From assembly GCA_010093815.1 (NCBI GenBank), contig ML996587.1: 20,000 bases of DNA. One strand, given 5' to 3'. Each line of letters opens with the position of its first letter. The first letter of the stretch is position 1. Positions 10,814-20,000 of the stretch are shown one piece after another. Below the pieces are notes generated by a model. It was not told the origin of the DNA, ran no database searches, and saw only the letters and a list, made by a program, of their open reading frames with translations. The DNA comes from Pseudovirgaria hyperparasitica. Its lineage: Eukaryota. The position numbers and the translations under genes were made by a program.

Positions 10814-11708
10814 TTATATCGGAGTAGGAGTAGAAGTACTAATTACCGCGATAGTTACATCTAATTCCTTTTACTAGTTCTTATTTACCATAGTATAGAG
10901 CTTTATAATATAAGTCTCTAGCCTTTTATTCCGATACTAGAAATTCTATATAGCGCGCCTTATAGCTATAAACTCCTCTATAGAAACATATAGAGCGGCG
11001 GGACCTAGGACGGAGAGGGACGGACCGGCGCGGGCACGCTAAGAATTATATAAATCAGCGAAAAGATTTAACGATTGGTATAGAACCATATACCTTTAGT
11101 ATAGAAACCTCTAGATTAGAGCCATCTTCCCTAAATTTATAGCTCTTTAGCATGCGCGAGGAAGGAACCTTAGCCTTTTTACTAGAACCTTTTCTAGGAA
11201 TTCTAATATCGCCGGTATATAGAAAGAAGTCTAAAGTAGTAGAGATTTTAGCACTATTATAGAGATTAATATATATTAGTAAGAATCTATAACGATTTAA
11301 GAAAAACGATATTACCTAGTAATCGCGGTAATAATAGCTATAGTAGATTCCAATAAATCCTTATAGATCTTATTAGAATTATACTCCTAGGCGTAACCCT
11401 TACCTTAGATATATAGCTTATAGAAAGCCTTCTCTAAGGCGTTGCGATTAGTAGTACTACGCTTCTTATTAGTAGGGGTTACTAGAGGCCTAGTAGTAAT
11501 CTATACTAATATAAGTAAATCTACGTAAAGTTCTTCGAACTTACTTAAATATCTATAAGTAATAACGCTTCTTAGTCATGTAAGTACCGTATATTATAGA
11601 TTTAGTACTACTATAAGTAATATACGACGGAAAGCGACAACCATAATAATATATAGCTAGATTATTAGAGCCCGGCCTAGGTCGGGGTAGATTAATAGCT
11701 TTCGACAT
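10814..11708 (-). pseudogene. Antisense accessory gene inside copy A: 4 exons (11708-11545, 11489-11316, 11253-11094, 11038-10814), ~240 aa, putative Cys-rich (Zn2Cys6-like) N-terminus
   Basis: ATG at 11708. Three GT..AG introns of 55, 62 and 55 nt with fungal donor and branch-like signals, in mutually consistent phases. Spliced length is 723 nt. The 7 internal stops are all TAA/TAG. Same structure in copy C. Confidence 0.72.
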
Positions 11709-12263
11709 ATTAGTAATATATATAAGATAGAGATTATTTAAAGGCGCCTATTTCCGTACTAATTACTTTAGAGCGTCGAGATTTCGGGAAACTATATTAT
11801 AATTATTACTAATTTATGCGGATTATTACGAATTATACTATTACTAGCTAAGGACGGTATAAAAATTAGTAAAATGCGTAAATCGCACTAAATTATAGTA
11901 AATCTATATAAATCTATGTCTATAAGGATCGGGTAATATACCTAATAATCTAAAAAACTCTATAAAGAGTTAAGAAGTTTTTTAAAGAAAGGAATATTTC
12001 TAAGAAAAGATTTTAATATAGGTAGCATCTAGGCTTACCTAATTAGATCACGTGATACGCTAGGCCTAATTAGGCAATCTTACCTATGTAAGAAGTTAGA
12101 ATAGATAAAATCTAGTTTATTAGGAAAACGCTTATATAAATCTTAGATTAGCGAATATTAGTAAATATCTAAGACGAAGTATAGAGAACGACTAAGGTCT
12201 TACGAGACTTAGAATAGGGATATAGAGATAGGTAACGACCTAGGTCGCTAAGGGTAGCTTCCT

Positions 12264-12279
12264 AGAGGGAAGGGATAAT
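12264..12279 (+). promoter_or_regulatory. Polypurine tract of copy A
   Basis: agagggaaggga-taat directly before the 3' LTR; mirrored at 17159-17174 in copy C. Confidence 0.88.
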
Positions 12280-12507
12280 TATTAGAACTTAGCCTTAGGT
12301 AGAACCCGACCTATATATACCTTAGCTAATAGAGTTAGGAGGTGACGTAAAGGGCGGTAAATAGTCACGTGCTAGATAGATCGGCGTCCCTTTATATATA
12401 TACTCTCGGATTCCTACTAAAAGGGTTCGGTAGTAATTCGTTCTATGATAGAATACACCCTATTGTTCTATCTAACTACACTACTATCCAATAACCCTAT
12501 TCTTACA
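12280..12507 (+). repeat. 3' LTR of copy A (228 bp)
   Basis: tattagaac...tcttaca (initial TG mutated to TA); direct repeat of 5124-5351. Confidence 0.96.
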
Positions 12508-15500
12508 TTATTCTCTCTTCTAGCTTTATATAAGATTTTAAAGTTGAATATTAATATCTACTTAGCCTAATATACTTATTAGTAATTAAGGACCTTAGTT
12601 AATATAAAGTAATATAGATTTATATAATCTAATAATAATTTAATCTAATATATAGAACCTTCTAAATAATATTACTATTACTTAAAACTCTTAATAATTA
12701 TAAGTAGTTTCTAGTTATATATATTATAATATATCTCTATATCTACTATTTTATAGAAAAATAAGACGACTAGATACTATTATATCTTATTTTTTATATC
12801 TTTATACGGTTAACTAATAATTCTAGTAATTATAAATTCTAATATATTAGTTTCGACCTAAATATACTTCTTAGAATTAAAATACCTAAGAATTAGTATA
12901 GTTATAAAGTAATTCTTTAATAATTAGAATATATCTTATACTTCTAGTATTAACTATATCTTAACTAACTTAGCTTTATACTATACTTATCTATCTATAG
13001 AGATTTTACTACTATTCTCTATAAGTTTATTAAGTAGTACTATAATTTATAAGAGGTCTATAATAAATTTATAATAATAGTTTATAAAATCTATAAATAT
13101 TCTAATTTAATATATAGTAGTAGATTGTAGCTATTCTATAATAGTCTTTATACGCTCTAGCTCTATTTTTTAACCGCTATATATTATAATAAAGCTAAGA
13201 AACCTAACTTCTTATTAGTAGAACTTATATTTAAATAACTTTATATAGAGCTTATACTATCTTAGATAATTTAGTACTAATTTTATATATTCTTTATAAT
13301 TCTATATACTATTAGAGTAAATTAGTATATTATTAAGATAGACTATATAGATTATATTAAGTAATTCTATAAGTATAGTATTAATATATTCTTAAAATAC
13401 TTCTAGTATATTTATTAGTCTAAACAGTATAATAGTATACTTAAAATAACTATATCTAGTCTAAAATATAGTTTTCTACTTATCTCTATAATAAATTTAA
13501 AGCTAGTAATATATATCTTATAAATCTAGCTTTATAAAGTACTTTACCTTTATTAATTAGTCTAAAGATTTACTAACTAGTAGTAATAGATAATAATTCT
13601 TCTTAGTTACTATATTTAGTATCTAATAGTTAATATATAGATAGAAACTTCTATCTTTCTTCTTTATAAAGAGAATAGATATACTAGCTAATAATATACT
13701 ATAATATATCTAGTCTCTTCTAAGGTATTCTTTAATATATTTAGAAAGAACTTTAAGTTCTAGTCTTAAAAGTAGATAAAGTAGACTATAAGAAATATCT
13801 ACTCCCTCTTTAAGCTTAATCTTTAGCTTATATAGTCTATAATTAGAGAGAAGTAATATATCTTCTACTAAAAATATATCTATATACTATAAATATATAT
13901 TAGATAGCGTGTCTTTATTCTAATTATTACTATTATTCTTATCTTTATTAAGAATTAATAGAGATATAAGATAGATTAGTAATAATTAAGTCTATATAGT
14001 AAGGTTCTATACCTTCTTACTAATAACTATAACTTACTAGTATAATTTACTATAATATTAGTAGAATATTAAGATCTTCTTCTAAACATTAAGAATTAGA
14101 TTTTAATATTTAAGCTAAGGTATTTCTAGAATTATATTCTATTAGCTAATATTAGCTATAATAAACTTATTAGATATCTACTATTTTATTATCTTTAAGT
14201 TATAAACTTTATAATTTATTATAGCTTTATCTAAAGTTCTAACTTTATATCTATTAACTATAATAGTTTAGCTAACTTTACTAAGATTATATAATAATCT
14301 ATACTTCTTTATAAGAATTAATAAAATATAGTTATCTTCTATACTAGTATCTATAAGAGCCTATATAGTTTTATTACTATTTACTATAGATAATAATATC
14401 TTTAGTAATATTAGATCTTTACTTACTAGAAGGTACTATAGCTCCTTCTAAGTATATATAATTTAGCTAAGAATATAGTTAGATCTTATATACTAGTCTA
14501 TTCTTTTTTTAGATTCTTATAGTTAGGTAAAATATATTCTATTTCTCTATACTTATAGTAATAAAGTATACTATAATCCTACTATCTTATAATAGATATT
14601 ATATTTAAGTCTATATCTTATTCCTTTCTATATTAAGAAGTACCGCCTTAATTATTTTAGTATTCTCTTAATATATTTCTACTCTAATTTATACTCTTCT
14701 AGTACTAATTATAGTAAGGTTACTCTTAATTAAATATATTTAATTAACCTTATTTCTAACCTATATAGAGTTTATTAGTTTTATCTAGAGAGCTATATTC
14801 CTTAAGAATATAGTAGTATTTATTAGCTTTCTTCTCTAATTTATATAGATAATTAAAACTTAATAATACTATTTCTAGTCTTTCGTGGATTAATAGGAGT
14901 AGTACTTTATAAAACTAGAATATATAAATATTTTTCTATAATATAGGGATATTATTCTATAGGTTTTAAAGGTATTATAGTAGTTAAGTAAATATCTAGT
15001 TCGGTTATTATACTACGCTTCTTAACTTAGATAGTACCTTTCTTTTATATTCTCTATCTATTCTAAGGCTATTTAGTATAAATATAGCTAAATATTTCTA
15101 GGTTATTATAGATAGTAGCTATATTTCCTTCTATCTATTCTATTAATTATAGAATTATAAGTCTAGGTATTATTCTCTAAATAAAATATATTATACTTTA
15201 GTAGAAAAGAGTAGAGAGTTATTAAGGAAGTACTTTTTATAGTCTCTCTTCTAGTCTTTCTACTCCTTTTAGTTCTTCTCTATAAATATAATTAGATCTT
15301 TAGATTTTAGTATATCTAGAGAAGGAGTAGAGTAAATTAGTAATAAAGCGGCCGGGAGTATAGTAGATTATTATAACTCTAGTAGTAGATAAACTAATTC
15401 TACCTAAATTAGTATAGGAAGTTATCCGTCTACTATTATTCGGTATAGTTCTTTAAGAGACTCTTTAAGTTCTTATCTCTTTATAAGAAGTTTTATATAT

Positions 15501-16073
15501 TTAGTCTATTCTTTAAGAATCTAAATCTCTTAGACTTAATTAGTAATATACTTCTATAGTTTAGTAATAGTTTATTATAACACCTTATATAGCTCCACTA
15601 CAACTTATTATCTAACTTCATATTATTAGAAGTTACTTAGTATATCTACTATTTCTTTATTAGAAAGCTCTGTGATTTAGTCTAATATCTCTACTTCTTA
15701 GTTAGAAATAGCTAGATTTAATACTAATTATAGAGGATCCCTATTATTTAATATAGTATTACTTATCTCTATAGTAGATTATATTAACCTTCTTAGTTCT
15801 AGTTAAACTATCTTAACTATAGTACTATATAGAGAGTAATTTAAATATAAGAATAGGGTTATTAGATAGTAGTATAGTTAGATAGAATAATAGAGTATAT
15901 TCTATTATAGAATAAATTACTACTAAACTCTTTTAGTAGAAATCTAAGAGTATATATATAAAGAGACGCCGATCTATCTAGTATATAACCATTTACTACC
16001 CTTTATACTACCTTCTAACTATATTAGCTAAGGTATATATAGATCGGGTTATATATAAGACTAAGTCCTAACA
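12508..16073 (-). mobile_element. Gypsy chromovirus copy B, proximal part (5' LTR, gag 15820-14498, PR, RT, RNase H)
   Basis: Reverse complement of copy A 5124-8689 with the same length; continues at 5123 on the far side of copy A. Confidence 0.94.
15846..16073 (-). repeat. 5' LTR of copy B (228 bp)
   Basis: tataagaataggg...agtcctaaca; adjacent to the degraded PBS/leader at 15832-15845; outer flank ttagc. Confidence 0.93.
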
Positions 16074-16930
16074 TTAGCTAGCTAACGTTATATTAGAAGA
16101 GTTAAGTACCGCTATTCTATCTCCTCTATCTATTAATATTAATATACTAGCGATTATAATCTAATCGCCTTATAAATTAATATATAATAAGAGTTTAAGC
16201 GAATATATAAAAGTCTAATATTATATACTATTTAGGGCTAGAGAGGAAGCGTCTACCGGCGTAGTAGTTATTAAGGTAATAGTAGAAGTCTATATATAAC
16301 TAGATATACTAAGTCCGCCTTCTTCTTATATAGTTCTATTACTAGATAATATTACTAGTTTTAATATTATAGAAGAGGAGTTTATAGATACGAACCTATG
16401 AATGTTAGTATAATATTAGCTTAATAGTATATATTATAGTATAAGGTAAGTTATATTTAGACTATAGTTAGATATATATACTAGTATACTAACGGATATA
16501 TAGTATCTCTACTATAAATAGAATAGATAAGATATAGCTAGTAATATCTTACTATCTAGAAGAGATAGTTACTATAGAATTTAGAAGATAGACTCGGTAT
16601 CTATAGTATTAGTATATTAGATAGTTAAACCTTTATACAATACTATTTACTTATATCTATATTTATCTAAGCTCTAATTTAATAGCCTTCTATAATATAC
16701 TATATACTTAGTTAGTAAGCTACTAGACTTATATAATAGTAGTATACTACTCTACTTTATATACTACTTAAGCTACTATTACTTTAGTCTATGTTAATCT
16801 TAGCTTTCTTTAGTTATCTCTATATTATAAAAGAAAACTTCTATAAATCTTTTCTCTACTTATCTTAGTTTTTAAATCTAAATCTTACCTTCTATACTTT
16901 ATTCTATATTAATTATAACTATATATAAAT
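16074..16930. other. Unassigned RIP-mutated spacer with one intron-like segment on + (16446-16503)
   Basis: No similarity seen to the other elements in the window; gtaagt...actaac...tag spans 58 nt. Confidence 0.4.
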
Positions 16931-17158
16931 TGTAAGAATAGGGTTATTAGATAGTAGTATAGTTAGATAGAATAATAGAGTATATTCTTTTATAGAACGA
17001 ATTACTACTAAACCCTTTTAGTAGAAATCTAAGAGTATATATATAAAAAGACGCCGATCTATCTAGTATATAACTATTTACCGCCCTTTACGCCACCTTC
17101 TAACTATATTAGCTAAGGTATATATAGATTAGGTTATACCTAAGACTAAGTTCTAATA
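16931..17158 (-). repeat. 3' LTR of copy C (228 bp)
   Basis: tgtaagaataggg...agttctaata followed by the PPT complement attatccccttcc; outer flank taaat. Confidence 0.93.
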
Positions 17159-17730
17159 ATTATCCCCTTCCTTTAGGAAGCTACCCTTAGTAACCTAGAT
17201 TATTATCTATCTCTATATTCTAATTCTAAGTCTTATAAGACCTTAGTCGTTCTCTATACTTCGTCTTAGATATTTACTAATATTTATTAATCTAAGATTT
17301 ATATAAGCGTTTTCCTAATAAACTAGATTTTATCTATCTTAAATTCTTATATAGGTAAGATTACCTAATTAGGCCTAGCGTATCATATAATATAATTAGA
17401 TAAGTCTAGATACTATCTATATTAAAATCTTTTCTTAGAAATATTCCTTTCTTTAAAAAACTTCTTAACTCTTTATAGAGTTTTTTAGATTATTAGATAT
17501 ATTACCCGATTCTTATAGATATAGATTTATATAGATTTACTATAATTTACTATAATTTATATAGCTTACTAACTTTTATAGTATACTTAGCTAATAATAA
17601 TAATAATCTATAAGAATCTATATCAATTAGTAGTAATTATAATATAGTTTCCCGAAATCTTAATACTCTAAAGTAATTAGTATAGAAATAGGCGCCTTTA
17701 AATAATCCCTATCTTATATACGTTACTAAT

Positions 17731-18625
17731 ATATTAAAAGCTATTAATCTACTCTAACCTAGGCCGGGCTCTAATAATCTAGCTATATATTATTATAGTT
17801 ATCACTTTCCATCGTATATTACTTACGGTAGTACTAAATCTATAATATACAGTACTTATATAACTAAGAAGCGTTATTACTTATAGGTATTTAAGTAAGT
17901 TCGAAGAACTTTATATAGATTTACTTATATTAGTATAGATTACTACTAGGCCTCTAGTAACCTCTACTAATAAGAAGTATAGTACTACTAATTATAACGC
18001 CTTAGAGAAGACTTTCTATAAGCTATATATCTAAGGTAAAGATTATATCTTAGAGTACGATTCTAATATAATCTATAAGAATTTATTAGAATCTACTATA
18101 GCTATTATTACCGTAATTATTAGGTAATATTATTTTTCTTAAATTATTATAGATTCTTACTAATATATATTAATCTCTATAATAGTACTAAAATCTCTAC
18201 TACTTTAGACTTCTTTCTATATACTAGTAATATTAAAATTTCTAGAAAAGGTTCTAGTAAAAAGGCTAAGGTTCCTTTCTTATATATACTAAAAGACTGT
18301 AAATTTAGAGAAGATAGCTCTAATCTAGAAGTTTCTATACTAAAGGTATATAGTTCTATACTAATTATTAAATCTTTTTACTAATTTATATAATTCTTAG
18401 CGTACCCACGCTAGTCTATCTCTCTCTATTTTAGGTTCTACCGCTCTATAGATTTCTATAGAGGAGTTTATAGCTATAAGGCGCGCTATATAGAATTTAT
18501 AGCGTTAGAATAAAAGGCTAGAGACTTATATTATAAAGCTCTATACTATACTAAATAAGAACTAGCGGAAGGAATTAGATATAACTATTACAGTAATTAG
18601 TACTTCTACTTCTACTCCGACTTAA
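17731..18625 (+). pseudogene. Second copy of the antisense intron-containing accessory gene (exons 17731-17894, 17950-18123, 18186-18345, 18401-18625)
   Basis: Exon and intron lengths are identical to copy A and all six GT/AG dinucleotides are retained; the start codon is mutated to ATA. Confidence 0.7.
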
Positions 18626-18921
18626 TTAGTTTAGATCTATACTAATTAGTACTAATATATTTCTTTTATCTAGTGTTTTTAGTTTTCGGTTTTAATTTTA
18701 AAGTAATCTTACTTCTTCTAGATAGATTAGTATAAATTTATATAGATCTATATAGATCTTTATATTTTCTTTTAGCTTTCTTAATTTTATCTTTCTTTAA
18801 TAATAACTTCTTTAATCTCTTTAGTAATCTATACCAATCTATACTAATTAGTACCGATTTTTAATGTCTATTTCTCTTAGTAAATTATTTTTCTAAGTCT
18901 CTTTTTTAGTTAAATTTTTTA

Positions 18922-18999
18922 AAGTTCTAACTTTAAACTTTCTAAGGAAGTTCTAAGTTTAAACTTTCTAAGGGAGTTCTAAGTTCGAACTTTCTAAGG
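18922..18999. repeat. Tandem repeat, 3 x 26 bp (aagttctaagttcgaactttctaagg)
   Basis: Units start at 18922, 18948 and 18974; copy A has only one unit (~10491-10516, reverse complement). Confidence 0.88.
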
Positions 19000-19233
19000 A
19001 AGTTCCTTAATTCCTTAGAATAAATGTTTTAAAGATCTATATCTCTTTTACCTTCTTTCTTTTAGACGGCCGTTCTTAGCGCTAAACTATACTAAAAAAC
19101 ATTAAATCGCCGTACTTTAGTATAATTCTCTATAATTCTATAGCTTCCTTTACTAATCGCTACTTATATACTAATATTACTACTTTACTAATATTTATTA
19201 TAGGTTTCTAAGTATCTTTATTAGGATTATATC

Positions 19234-19842
19234 ATCTAAGCCCGAACGGGCGCCATGGGACTCCTATACTACATCCATAAGAGAGGCGTTCCCGACACCT
19301 CCCTATAGTATAAGGCATACGGCCGGAGAGATATAATACGCTACTATCTAGCTATATGCCCTAATCTCCATATATAATAGTAATAGCTTATCTACGTTAT
19401 GAAGACTTTAGATATCGTATAATAGCTTAATAAGTACCCTAAGGACGTCTCCCGATAGATACTTATATATCTACTACTCCTCTAGTACTAGTGGACCTGG
19501 AAATATATACCGGAAGAGACCCGGTATATGCCGGTAGTAACCCGATATATACCGGAAGAACCCTAGGAGAACCCCGATTATTAGTTAAGGGCAGCCCTTA
19601 ACTAATAACCTCCGCACCTACACGTGCTACCTAAGGGTAAAATAACGGTAATATAGGCTATAGGCTAATAGGCGTACCCTATAGCTATATACCTAAGATA
19701 AAATAGAGGTTTAACGAGATATAGTTATAGACATAAGGAAGTTTTTCCCTATAGGGTTTCTTCTTATATAGTGGCTTAGACTAGAGGAGGCATAGGCCTA
19801 TAGAGTACTACTCTACCTAGTTATATAATATTATTATTATTA
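19234..19842 (+). mobile_element. 5'-truncated LINE (ORF2 C-terminus, 3' UTR, (TTA)n tail) inserted in the chromodomain of copy C
   Basis: 16-bp TSD ttattaggattatat(c/t) at 19218-19233 and 19843-19858. The frame from 19234 reads I*ARTGAMGLLYYIHKRGVPDTSL*YKAYGRRDIIRYYLAICP (QxRTG...CxxC...H...C of LINE ORF2). The tail (tta)4 is at 19831-19842. Confidence 0.9.
19578..19608. repeat. 31-bp palindrome at the ORF2 end / 3' UTR of the truncated LINE
   Basis: ttattagttaagggc-a-gcccttaactaataa; 30/31 identical to the reverse complement of 3491-3521. Confidence 0.9.
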
Positions 19843-20000
19843 TTATTAGGATTATATTCTTTCTAATAAATTTTATATAGCTATATACTATCTTCGGCGT
19901 ATTACTAGCTAAGTATCTACTTAACTTTATAGATATCTATATCTTCTTACGTAACTACTTTATATAGTATCTATTTAGAATAATCTAGTAATAATAAGGT

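Larger units (their letters stand above)
5124..12507 (+). mobile_element. Full-length Ty3/gypsy LTR retrotransposon, chromovirus (copy A, 7384 bp), RIP-inactivated
   Basis: Paired 228-bp LTRs (TG...CA), 5-bp TSD, gag, PR-RT-RH-IN-chromodomain order, PPT. Confidence 0.97.
1..20000. other. RIP-mutated, AT-rich transposon cluster of a filamentous ascomycete (heterochromatin-like)
   Basis: TpA excess and CpA/TpG depletion throughout. Homologous copies within the window differ almost only by C>T/G>A transitions. Catalytic motifs read YLND, YANN and FHL*ID* instead of YLDD, YADD and FHPQTDG. Confidence 0.95.
16931..20000 (-). mobile_element. Gypsy chromovirus copy C, 3' portion (chromodomain, long 3' region, PPT, 3' LTR); continues beyond the right edge
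   Basis: Reverse complement of copy A ~10119-12507, interrupted at 19234-19842. Confidence 0.94.

Noticed and set aside
10458..12263. env-like third ORF on the sense strand
   Set aside because: No convincing sense frame, signal peptide or transmembrane segment was seen. The coding signal is antisense and spliced.
15846..17158. A small non-autonomous LTR element (TRIM) made of two direct LTRs around 857 bp
   Set aside because: The PBS and PPT lie outside the pair, attached to the bodies of copies B and C. The LTRs belong to different elements.
18922..18999. CRISPR-like array
   Set aside because: The units are contiguous with no spacers, and the context is a eukaryotic retrotransposon.
19234..19842. 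tRNA-derived SINE or MITE
   Set aside because: No A/B boxes or terminal inverted repeats were seen. It begins mid-ORF2 with a LINE C-terminal CCHC-type motif.

Overview
The whole window is a nest of fungal (Pezizomycotina-type) retrotransposon relics heavily mutated by repeat-induced point mutation (RIP): TpA is very abundant, CpA/TpG are rare, and conserved Q/W/C/H/D codons appear as stop/Y/N codons. No intact host gene is visible. From left to right: (1) a Tad1-like LINE on the minus strand (ORF1 with zinc knuckles, ORF2 endonuclease-RT, running off the left edge). (2) An older minus-strand Ty3/gypsy chromovirus (copy B; 3769-5123 plus 12508-16073). (3) A full-length 7.4-kb plus-strand copy of the same family (copy A; 5124-12507, 228-bp LTRs, TTATT TSD) inserted inside copy B. 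(4) An 857-bp unassigned spacer. (5) The 3' part of a third minus-strand copy (copy C; 16931 to the right edge), interrupted by a 609-bp 5'-truncated LINE with a 16-bp TSD. The most notable finding is in the unusually long (~1.8 kb) region between pol and the 3' LTR. It holds an antisense, three-intron, ~240-codon gene conserved in copies A and C, whose N-terminus de-RIPs to a Zn2Cys6-like cysteine pattern. The element also shows Tf1-type self-priming complementarity instead of a tRNA PBS. The two LINE pieces share a 31-bp palindrome, located at opposite ends of their coding regions. All translations and alignments were done by eye.
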